A stretch of DNA of 64,000 nt from an uncultured Planctomycetia bacterium (GTDB lineage: Bacteria > Omnitrophota > Gorgyraeia > 2-02-FULL-51-18): assembly GCA_964606485.1 (NCBI GenBank), contig CAZSGP010000001.1, positions 481,085 through 545,084 on the forward strand, read 5' to 3'. A program made the translations under genes and the position numbers. Below, in pieces: positions 18,385 to 25,829 of this stretch. Every line of letters begins with the position of its first letter. Within the stretch, counting starts at the first letter, position 1. The notes under the pieces were generated by a model. That model did not search any database and was not told the origin of the DNA. It was given only the letters and a program-made list of their open reading frames with translations.

Positions 18385-19277
18385 ACGAGATCACACGCTA
18401 TCTCGAATATCTCTACAATCGCGGCCACAAAGGTTCGAGTATCAAGACTATGCGTAAAGACCTTGAGGCGTTTGTGAGATTCCTGACGGGAGAGAGGAAG
18501 AAGGCCATCACGACTGCGATGCCGGAGGATATTGAAGCGTATCTTCTCAAAATAAAACCAACCGTGAGTGAGCACACGTATTACCACCGCTTCTCAACCG
18601 TAAGATGTTTCTACCGGTATCTCGCCATGGAAGAAATCATAGCTTTCAATCCTGCCGGGGCTATCCAGGGAATACGAACACCAAGCAGGCTTCCAAAATC
18701 TGTGCCCAGCGAATCGGAGGTTCAGGATTTCCTGAAAAAACCAAAACTTCACACAGTCTACGGAATCAGAGACCGTTCTATCTTTGAGCTTCTTTATTCC
18801 ACAGGACTCCGAAGTCAGGAGCTGCGTGATTTAAAACTCGAAGACCTTGATTTATCCCAGAGGGTTTTGACTGTGCGTGAAGGTAAAGGCGGGAAGGGGA
18901 GGCTTGTTCCATTTGGCAGAAAGGCAAAAGAGGCGGTCGAAGAATACATCAATAAATCGAGGACGATTTTAAATAAGAAATCAGGCACGTATTTATTTCT
19001 GACGGACCAGGGCAACCCCATGAGCGCCTACATTCTCCGGCACAATATGAACCGCTATCGAGATCCCGAGAACCGAACCGCAACCCCGCATTCATTTAGG
19101 CATGCCTGTGCGCTTCATATGCTGCGAGCCGGGGCCGGGATCCGACACCTTCAGCAGATGCTCGGCCACGAGCGGATCACGACAACTACTATTTACACCC
19201 GCCTCAACCCCGAAGACCTGAAGAAGGCCGTCAGAACGTATCATCCCCGCGAACTCCCGCCCAAAGACGAAAAATAG
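18381..19277 (+). CDS. Tyrosine recombinase (XerC/D-like), third of the trio (RitC-like)
   Basis: Catalytic residues LYSTGLRSQE, EGKGGKGR, HSFRHACALH, LGHER and TTTIYTRL. Confidence 0.8.
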   Translation: MNEITRYLEYLYNRGHKGSSIKTMRKDLEAFVRFLTGERKKAITTAMPEDIEAYLLKIKPTVSEHTYYHRFSTVRCFYRYLAMEEIIAFNPAGAIQGIRTPSRLPKSVPSESEVQDFLKKPKLHTVYGIRDRSIFELLYSTGLRSQELRDLKLEDLDLSQRVLTVREGKGGKGRLVPFGRKAKEAVEEYINKSRTILNKKSGTYLFLTDQGNPMSAYILRHNMNRYRDPENRTATPHSFRHACALHMLRAGAGIRHLQQMLGHERITTTTIYTRLNPEDLKKAVRTYHPRELPPKDEK

Positions 19278-19325
19278 TTCTTCGGCAATCAGTTACTCCG
19301 TAATCCCTCTGCGCAATACCATTTT

Positions 19326-22300
19326 GTGGTGATTACGTCGATTACCGAAACGAGTATCACGTACACGGACATGGGTATTGGCCGCGACAAGCAAAATGAA
19401 TCGGTGACGGTTTCAAAAGACGGCTTCTTAAAGGCATGGAGCGGAAACGTTTCGCTTGAATCCCAAAAAATTCAACTGCTTCCTAGCGCCCAAAACAAAA
19501 TTTTGTCTGCCGAAGACGCCAAAAAAGTCCGCGGTGCATTTTGGGGGAGTTTATTAGCGATGGTGGGAAGCGTGTTGAGTTGGATTCCCATTCCGGTGCT
19601 TCAGCAAATCGGTTGGGGTCTCACAGCCATCTCCATCGCTGTCTCTGCAATTGAGGGAGATTTTTTGACAGCCATCACTTCGGCTGTTAGCGTTTTTCTA
19701 CCCGGGCTCCGTCAATTATTTGGAAATGTGTTTGATGGCATAGGAGAATCTTTGGGATCCATTGGTCAAACATTCCAAAATGCGGGTGCCACTATTTACA
19801 ATTCTGTTACCGGGTTTATCAACAGCGCCATAAATTTCTTGCCAGGGGTAGGTCCGGTTCTTCAGTCGGCCGCCGCGTGGCAAGGCGCCTCATCCGTAGG
19901 AGCTTTGGTTGTGAACACGGCTTTAAAGATGGGTGTCGAATTTAGTGTGACCAGAGGCCTTGAGTCGTTGGGAGTTGGCTCGCAGATCGCTGGCTTCTTT
20001 GGGTCGTTAACCGCCAACGCTATTACGGCAGGACTTAAGCCGGAATCCTCAATCCAAGCGAATGGTCAAACGCAAGTTATGGTCTCGCATGCTCAGCAAG
20101 TTCAAAATGCTCTTCAACAAACGATTACAATTAGTCAAATCGGAAATCTTGGGATGCAACTAGGGCTTGCGCCGGAGCTCACGCAACTCGCTAGTCTTTC
20201 GGTAGGCGCCATCCAAGGAGCACAAATTTTAAATCCCGGCGGGCCGCTCGAGTATGCATTTTCTGAAATCGCTCCGAATCTCGTCACCACACTTGGGCAG
20301 TATGGACTTAGCGAACTTTCGAATGCAATTGGCCTACCGCCGATTGCTTCGCAGATGGTGGGGAATATAGGCGGTGCCGCTCTAAGCGCGGGACTGGGTT
20401 TTTCACACGCCGGAATGGATATAGTCAATGTGATTAATAATGAGACGATACGCAACGCGGTATCTCTTGGAATGACTTTTGGAATGGAGGCTCTCCAAAT
20501 TGCACCAAGTGCTAGCCAGTTTATTTTTGATCTCATGGATACGATTAAGGTTGGAGGGCAGAGCATCGGAAGCCGGTTGGTGGGAGCGGTAGTGGCGGGC
20601 TACCATTCGGCGGTTGATTTCTTGGCACAGCCCTTTAGATATCTTCCATTTGCCGCGCAAGAATTAAAAAATGGAATTATCTTTAGTTTAAATAGCTTTC
20701 AAAATTTTCTGGAGTCCATTCCAACGATATTTACTCCTCAAACACGTGAAGCAATCTATCAGAACGAAACATCTCTAAGTAGTGCTCAAATCGAACGCGA
20801 TGGGGACGTTTATCGTTTTCAATCTGGAAGCTCTATCGTGGAGTACGATGTTGTTCGAGATGTGCTAACCGAAACTACTCTGTCGCAACAATTGGAAATC
20901 AAAGGTTTTGGGTGGAATTCCCAAGGCGAACCCTACTACCAAAATTTAAGCTATCGCTCCGTGCTCGAAAACGGGCTTGTTTTGGAGGAAAATTTTGATG
21001 GCCAAGCATTAACGGATTGGTCGTATTTGATGGAGGGAAGAACGCTTGTAAAAGTGAACGTGGGCCACGAGGGACCTTTTTACGATATAGATGATTTCGT
21101 AGAATCCGGTTCGATTGAGATGGCGGCGCCAATCACATTTCAGACGACAGAGGCGAGCCCTACCCATGAAATTGAATCTTATGATGCGCCTTTCAGATTT
21201 GTTCTTAGTGTTAGCAATGGGAGCATTACCTCAACCACAGCAGAGATCATCAGAGAGCACGTTAACGATTCGCGTCTAGACGAAGATCTTTATGTTCTTG
21301 TAAACGGAATTGCTAATGAAAATATCCGCTTGGAAGGCTCGCCTCAATATCTTCAAAATCTTGAAACTGATTTGGTGAGTCGCAGTCAAGGTCAGATCCA
21401 GCATCAGGATATTATAAAGGCCTCTACATTTTTTAACTTTGCGACCTATCAATTTTTAAGCGGGCTAGGCAATTACACAACACTTGGAGCCGGTAGCGTT
21501 TATCGGGCAGTGCTCGAGCTCATCACCGGTGAAATTCAGAATAGTCTTTCACTTATGACAAAAGATATTGTTCTGTGGCTTGCCGAAGTTTCTAACCCAG
21601 CTCGACAATCGCTGTTGGTAGGGGATATTCGCCGGGCTGTTGAGGGTTTCTTTTCCGTCAATCCGGCCACTCGCCAAAGAGATATCATTGGCGTTGGTTA
21701 TTCCGGAGGTTTTGTGCCGCTTACCGAGGCGGTAGCCCGAGTTCCTTATAGCGCAAATCCTTTAGCCGGGTATAATACAAAAAGTCTTGTAGCTATCGGC
21801 GCAGCCTTGGTGCGACCCGATCAGATATTTAATGATATATTACTCAAGTTGCTTCAAGCCGCTGACTACTTGCAAAATCCGGGCCAGGTGGCCCTTGGAG
21901 TGTTGGAGACGACATTGAACGATCTTGATCAAGTGCTTTTGACAACTCCGGGAGTGGGAGTCGGAATTACTCAGGCAGTCATCCGGAGAGTTATTGCTTT
22001 TGTCGCGCAAGGCTCTCCTGAGCAAGCCTACCAAGAATACCAGCAAAGATTAAATGCCATCTCTGGAGCGCTCTCGAATTTATTTCCTAGCGCGTTTCAA
22101 GGGTTTGCTCTGGACGACTTAACTGGTTCTAGCACCCAAACCATCGTCAATTTATATGGCACAAGGGATATTTTAGCTAACTTTGCTGTCAATGGACATG
22201 CGATTGGAGGGTATAGAGACGATATCGCCGGGTTCACTCAAACCAATCGTGATCATCAACTTGTAAATATCGAGATTGTTGGGGCCACTCACTTTGACTA

Positions 22301-22535
22301 CATGCGGAGAGAAACAACATTTACTTCGTCCATCGTTAATTTTTTTAATCCCTCGGTAGCGGAATGGAACCGGACGGTTAGTGCGTTTGTGGCGGATGTT
22401 GTTGCTAATAGCCGTGATACCGCTTCGATTACCAGGTTCTTGAGGAATCCATCTCCGGATTTAGTGGGAGTTCAGGTTGTCGAAGAATTAGATAGGTGGG
22501 TAGTTTACTTGCCAGGATACACTGACCATGAATAA
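19326..22535 (+). CDS. 5'-truncated paralog (1069 aa, GTG start) of the C-terminal ~900 aa of the giant protein at 28731..41801. It spans the distal half of the C39-like domain, the glycine-zipper membrane region and the lipase-like alpha/beta-hydrolase. It may be an orphan module or a pseudogene.
   Basis: VVITSITETSITYTDMGIGRDKQNESVTVSKDGFLKAWSGNVSLE aligns to YVIITNVTENSVTYIDPSIGKDKENESLTVTKEGFLKLWQGNVTLE. The paralogs are roughly 50% identical throughout, and the in-frame homology (RNPSAQYHF vs NPSS..VHY) extends back to nt 19281. The GYSGG...GTRD...GATHFDY triad is conserved. Confidence 0.6.
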   Translation: MVITSITETSITYTDMGIGRDKQNESVTVSKDGFLKAWSGNVSLESQKIQLLPSAQNKILSAEDAKKVRGAFWGSLLAMVGSVLSWIPIPVLQQIGWGLTAISIAVSAIEGDFLTAITSAVSVFLPGLRQLFGNVFDGIGESLGSIGQTFQNAGATIYNSVTGFINSAINFLPGVGPVLQSAAAWQGASSVGALVVNTALKMGVEFSVTRGLESLGVGSQIAGFFGSLTANAITAGLKPESSIQANGQTQVMVSHAQQVQNALQQTITISQIGNLGMQLGLAPELTQLASLSVGAIQGAQILNPGGPLEYAFSEIAPNLVTTLGQYGLSELSNAIGLPPIASQMVGNIGGAALSAGLGFSHAGMDIVNVINNETIRNAVSLGMTFGMEALQIAPSASQFIFDLMDTIKVGGQSIGSRLVGAVVAGYHSAVDFLAQPFRYLPFAAQELKNGIIFSLNSFQNFLESIPTIFTPQTREAIYQNETSLSSAQIERDGDVYRFQSGSSIVEYDVVRDVLTETTLSQQLEIKGFGWNSQGEPYYQNLSYRSVLENGLVLEENFDGQALTDWSYLMEGRTLVKVNVGHEGPFYDIDDFVESGSIEMAAPITFQTTEASPTHEIESYDAPFRFVLSVSNGSITSTTAEIIREHVNDSRLDEDLYVLVNGIANENIRLEGSPQYLQNLETDLVSRSQGQIQHQDIIKASTFFNFATYQFLSGLGNYTTLGAGSVYRAVLELITGEIQNSLSLMTKDIVLWLAEVSNPARQSLLVGDIRRAVEGFFSVNPATRQRDIIGVGYSGGFVPLTEAVARVPYSANPLAGYNTKSLVAIGAALVRPDQIFNDILLKLLQAADYLQNPGQVALGVLETTLNDLDQVLLTTPGVGVGITQAVIRRVIAFVAQGSPEQAYQEYQQRLNAISGALSNLFPSAFQGFALDDLTGSSTQTIVNLYGTRDILANFAVNGHAIGGYRDDIAGFTQTNRDHQLVNIEIVGATHFDYMRRETTFTSSIVNFFNPSVAEWNRTVSAFVADVVANSRDTASITRFLRNPSPDLVGVQVVEELDRWVVYLPGYTDHE

Positions 22536-23280
22536 TATTAGAAAAATAACTCTCATTTTTGCAATAATTTCGATTGTCTGTAGTGCGTGGTTAGTACCGC
22601 ATCCAGCATTCGCTAAATCAGAAAAATATGATTTACGTTTGCTTGCCGAAAAAAATTCTCTTGAAAAGCAAGGGAGAAATTACGAATATCAGTCCGAATT
22701 TGATAGAGCAGCTCAAAAATATCAAGAAGCGGTTGAGTTGGACAATAGAATCTACGGCTCAAAAAACGGAAGAGCTCTCGCTTTTTTAGCGGAGGTTTTT
22801 CAAAAGCAAAATAGGTATGAAGATGCTCTTGAGCTAGTATTAGGTTTGGTTGTTGCGCACCCAAAACAAGAGAACTATTTGGATTGGAAGAGTGAATTAG
22901 ACGCTTTGATCAAATACAAGAATACGGGTTCTCAAGAACCTGTATCTGAATACCTAAAAGGTTATTCAAAGAAATACGAATCTAAGCTACCCCCAAATAC
23001 CTACACCTTTGGGAGCATTTTCTATGTTAATCGCATTCTGATGCTCTACGACACCATCGGCGATTACGATGCAGGAATTACATTTATCGATGAAGTTTTG
23101 GCTTATTTCAGAACCGGCAAAGCAGGAGACCCTAATCCTGGCCGTGTGGATGCGGAATACATAAAAATCAGAGAAGCCTTCGAGCTAGACAAAAAAGAAG
23201 GCAAAAAAGGTTCCATGAAGGAAGGAAAGCCCGGTCGGGCTACGCTAGCCCTCATCCAATCCGATTATTTTCCCTGGTGA
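22528..23280 (+). CDS. Membrane-anchored/secreted helical-repeat (TPR/Sel1-like?) protein. It occupies the same position as 41807..42268.
   Basis: N-terminal hydrophobic segment ITLIFAIISIVCSAWLV; Tyr/Leu/Glu-rich helical composition. Both this gene and 41807..42268 lie immediately after the hydrolase-domain end of a giant-gene copy. Confidence 0.35.
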   Translation: MNNIRKITLIFAIISIVCSAWLVPHPAFAKSEKYDLRLLAEKNSLEKQGRNYEYQSEFDRAAQKYQEAVELDNRIYGSKNGRALAFLAEVFQKQNRYEDALELVLGLVVAHPKQENYLDWKSELDALIKYKNTGSQEPVSEYLKGYSKKYESKLPPNTYTFGSIFYVNRILMLYDTIGDYDAGITFIDEVLAYFRTGKAGDPNPGRVDAEYIKIREAFELDKKEGKKGSMKEGKPGRATLALIQSDYFPW

Positions 23281-23351
23281 ACATCAACCTCATCGGTGAT
23301 AGAATCCACTGCAATGGTACGTGGCGATCGTAACCCAAAAAAGGAAACCTC

Positions 23352-23810
23352 ATGAAAAAAGCGCTTCAAAATAATATCCTAGTTATCGGATTGGCTCTTA
23401 TGACCATTTTAGTCTCGGGTTGTTCGGTCGGTATGGCCTTGAGCGGCAAGGAAACAAAGGATATGTCTGCGCTGTCAGTGGGCGCGCACCGCGACTCCGT
23501 TGTTGCTAAATTAGGTCCGCCCCAAACAACCGTAACCGATTCCGACGGTACCTTGATTGATACTTGGGACATCGTAAGGGGCAACGCTCCCAGCGCAGGC
23601 CGCGCAGTTGCACACGGCGCCATGGATTTCATGACACTCGGTCTTTGGGAAGTGGTGGGTACACCGGTTGAACTTATGGCTGGCCAGGAGAAACACTCCA
23701 TCTATACGGTTCATTATAATAAAGAGAACGTTGTCACCAATCTTACCGTTTCTGAGGAAAATAGACCCATGCCTCAGGCGACGAAGTCTAGTTCTAGCGC
23801 CACCAAATAA
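23352..23810 (+). CDS. Lipoprotein, BamE/SmpA-OmlA-like
   Basis: Lipobox LVSGC; motif VVAKLGPPQTTVTDSDGTLIDTWDI resembles BamE. Confidence 0.45.
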   Translation: MKKALQNNILVIGLALMTILVSGCSVGMALSGKETKDMSALSVGAHRDSVVAKLGPPQTTVTDSDGTLIDTWDIVRGNAPSAGRAVAHGAMDFMTLGLWEVVGTPVELMAGQEKHSIYTVHYNKENVVTNLTVSEENRPMPQATKSSSSATK

Positions 23811-23822
23811 AATAACCAGCAT

Positions 23823-23851
23823 AAAAACATGTCATCTCGCGACATGTTTTT
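23823..23851 (+). terminator. Rho-independent (bidirectional-type) terminator
   Basis: AAAAACATGTC / GACATGTTTTT stem with a 7-nt loop, flanked by A and T tracts. Confidence 0.6.
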
Positions 23852-23920
23852 ATTGCATTAATAAATTTGATTTATAATCAAAACAATGATACTCTTTCAT
23901 CATCAAAAAGGAGGATCTAA

Positions 23921-24553
23921 ATGTTTAAACGAGTATTTGCAGTAACTTTAATGGGTTTGGCAGTTGTGGCCCACACCGCCTTCGCTTCACCCGACCGCAC
24001 CGGAAAAATTGACATGGGTGTCAATGTCTCTAGCGCATTTTCGACGGACAGCGAAGTGAACACCGCGGCGTACGTGGGTGGGAACATTGCCTACGGCGTG
24101 AATAAGTATTTTGCCGTGGGTTTTGAAGGTGGCTGGCAAAGACACGAGATTGATGATGTGACGGATAGCGGCATCACTATTTTTGGACCCAAACTCAGCG
24201 GAGTACCGCTTTTTGGAGATTTGATTTTTAGAATGCCGATTGAAAATCAGAATATTGTTCCTTACGGCCTCGTTGGGCTTGGAACGGTGCTATGGAGCAT
24301 TGATGATACAAGCGCTACCGGCGGAGTGCTCGTGAACACGAAAGTGAGCGATGCATTTGCGGTGAAACTTGGCGGCGGATTCGATTGGTTTTTGAATGAC
24401 AATTGGATTATCAATTTTGATGCGTCCTATGTATTTGACCGCGCCCGCGAAACGCAAACGGCAAGTCTTGGTGGGCTTTCGGTGAGCGCTTCACAAAACG
24501 CTAAGCTCGACTATTGGAATGTCGGCGGCGGTATCAAATACCTTTTTAGCTAA
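23921..24553 (+). CDS. Outer-membrane beta-barrel protein (OmpW/OmpA-like small barrel)
   Basis: Signal peptide ending AFA-SP; alternating hydrophobic beta-strand pattern; C-terminal GGGIKYLFS aromatic terminus. Confidence 0.5.
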   Translation: MFKRVFAVTLMGLAVVAHTAFASPDRTGKIDMGVNVSSAFSTDSEVNTAAYVGGNIAYGVNKYFAVGFEGGWQRHEIDDVTDSGITIFGPKLSGVPLFGDLIFRMPIENQNIVPYGLVGLGTVLWSIDDTSATGGVLVNTKVSDAFAVKLGGGFDWFLNDNWIINFDASYVFDRARETQTASLGGLSVSASQNAKLDYWNVGGGIKYLFS

Positions 24554-24565
24554 AGGGAAAATTAA

Positions 24566-25006
24566 ATGAGACGACTTGGAATAATTCTCGCAGTAGTTGG
24601 ACTGAGCTTGGTTTCAAGTCGTCTCGTTTTTGCTGAGGCGCCGCGGCAGGCGGCTTTACCGCTTGTGCTGACGAAGGGGCTTGATGCCTACGTTTTGGAG
24701 GGCCCCGAGGCAGCGGTGAGGGAATGGATAAAAGGTGGGCCCATTGAGTCTGACCCGAACGCTCAAAAAAGCGCCGAAACGTTCAAGGAAGTAGAAAGTT
24801 TCTACGGCAAATTTAAAAATGCCGAGCTCATCCGCGTTAAAAAAGTAACACACTCTTCGAGACTTTATTATTTGCAAATGAATTACGAAAAAGGGCCGCT
24901 CTTTGCGCGGTTTTTGTGCTATCGCGTGGGCCAAGCATGGATTGTGAGCGGCCGTTTTGTGGTGGACACGGATCCGAGCCGCGTGCTGCCACCAGCCTTG
25001 CTCTAA
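24566..25006 (+). CDS. Secreted protein of unknown function (146 aa)
   Basis: Signal peptide LAVVGLSLVSSRLVFA-EA. Confidence 0.35.
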   Translation: MRRLGIILAVVGLSLVSSRLVFAEAPRQAALPLVLTKGLDAYVLEGPEAAVREWIKGGPIESDPNAQKSAETFKEVESFYGKFKNAELIRVKKVTHSSRLYYLQMNYEKGPLFARFLCYRVGQAWIVSGRFVVDTDPSRVLPPALL

Positions 25007-25200
25007 TGAGCACTCCGCCTCAAACCGTTCTCACCGTCAAAGAACTTGCTAGTTACCTGCGCGTTCAACCACTCACCGTTTACAAGCACGCTTCCGAAGG
25101 TCGTCTACCGGCTTTTAAGATTGGTGCTCGCTGGCGCTTCGAGAAACAGGCGATTACGAGTTGGATCCAACAGCAGCAAAGTCCCTATCTAGCAGAGTAG
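25006..25200 (+). CDS. Excisionase/AlpA-family helix-turn-helix DNA-binding protein (65 aa from ATG 25006)
   Basis: LTVKELASYLRVQPLTVYKHASEGRLPAFKIGARWRFEKQAI matches the excisionase-family HTH pattern. Its TAATG overlaps the previous stop codon. A paralog lies at 43700..43912. Confidence 0.6.
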   Translation: MSTPPQTVLTVKELASYLRVQPLTVYKHASEGRLPAFKIGARWRFEKQAITSWIQQQQSPYLAE

Positions 25201-25255
25201 TTCAATTTACCCAGCATCGACTTGAAAATGATATCAAAATATGGTACTACTATAA

Positions 25256-25519
25256 ATGAACAATAGTCATCGCGCCACGCTCGAGCTGATTTTCGAAAAT
25301 CCGGTTCGTAGCAATATTGCTTGGGCCGACATGGAAGCCTTGCTGGGTGCGCTCGGAGCTGAAATTAGTTCGCGGTCCGGTTCTCGCGTAAGAGTGGCGC
25401 TGAATGGGGTGAGGGCCGTATTTCACCGGCCTCACCCTCAGAAGGAAGCGGATAGGGGAGCTGTGAAATCGATGCGACGTTTTTTGGTGGAGGCGGGAAT
25501 AAATTATGATGAATTATAA
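25256..25519 (+). CDS. hicA: HicA-family toxin (type II TA)
   Basis: GS..VRVALNG.RAVFHRPHP.KEA...AVKSMRRFLVEAGI fits the HicA pattern (gs.H.kl...g...v.prHp..e.k....kailkqlGl). Confidence 0.6.
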   Translation: MNNSHRATLELIFENPVRSNIAWADMEALLGALGAEISSRSGSRVRVALNGVRAVFHRPHPQKEADRGAVKSMRRFLVEAGINYDEL

Positions 25520-25829
25520 GGGATACACAGCCACCGTAGAGTTTGACGACAAGGCAAATATTTTTCACGGTGAGGTGATGGGTATTCGGGATGTTGTTAC
25601 TTTTCAAGGTTCATCCGTGAAGGAACTCAAGAAAGCTTTTAAAGATTCGGTAGATGATTACCTGGCCTTTTGTGCAAAGCGCGGCGAGGAACCTAATAAG
25701 CCGTTTTCCGGGAAGTTCATTGTCCGACTTAAACCCGAAGAGCATCGCCAAATTTCGTTGGCCGCTAAGAAAGAAAAGAAGAGTTTGAATTCTTGGGTTC
25801 GAGATCACTTGCTCCGTGATGCCGCATAA
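25506..25829 (+). CDS. hicB: HicB-family antitoxin with a C-terminal RHH/CopG-like segment
   Basis: N-terminus YKGYTATVEFDDKANIFHGEV..DVVTFQGSSVKE is the HicB (UPF0150) pattern. The gene overlaps hicA by 14 nt. Confidence 0.65.
   Translation: MMNYKGYTATVEFDDKANIFHGEVMGIRDVVTFQGSSVKELKKAFKDSVDDYLAFCAKRGEEPNKPFSGKFIVRLKPEEHRQISLAAKKEKKSLNSWVRDHLLRDAA

Larger units (their letters stand above)
11574..19277 (+). mobile_element. Integrative/replicative element (hypothetical regulator, SpoVG-like, prim-pol, Pif1 helicase, RIT-like recombinase trio). The right end lies at or near the ritC stop codon; the left end is uncertain.
   Basis: Replication and recombination genes are co-linear on one strand. 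Homology of the downstream sequence to the giant gene begins immediately after the recombinase stop codon (19278). No clear terminal repeats could be identified by eye. Confidence 0.4.

Noticed and set aside
23281-23351. Intergenic gaps searched for tRNA/tmRNA-like sequence (23281-23351, 23811-23920, 42269-42310, 43556-43699, 56607-56857)
   Set aside because: No acceptor-stem/T-arm (GTTC-type) cloverleaf pattern was recognised by eye. The absence is not definitive without tRNAscan or Infernal.
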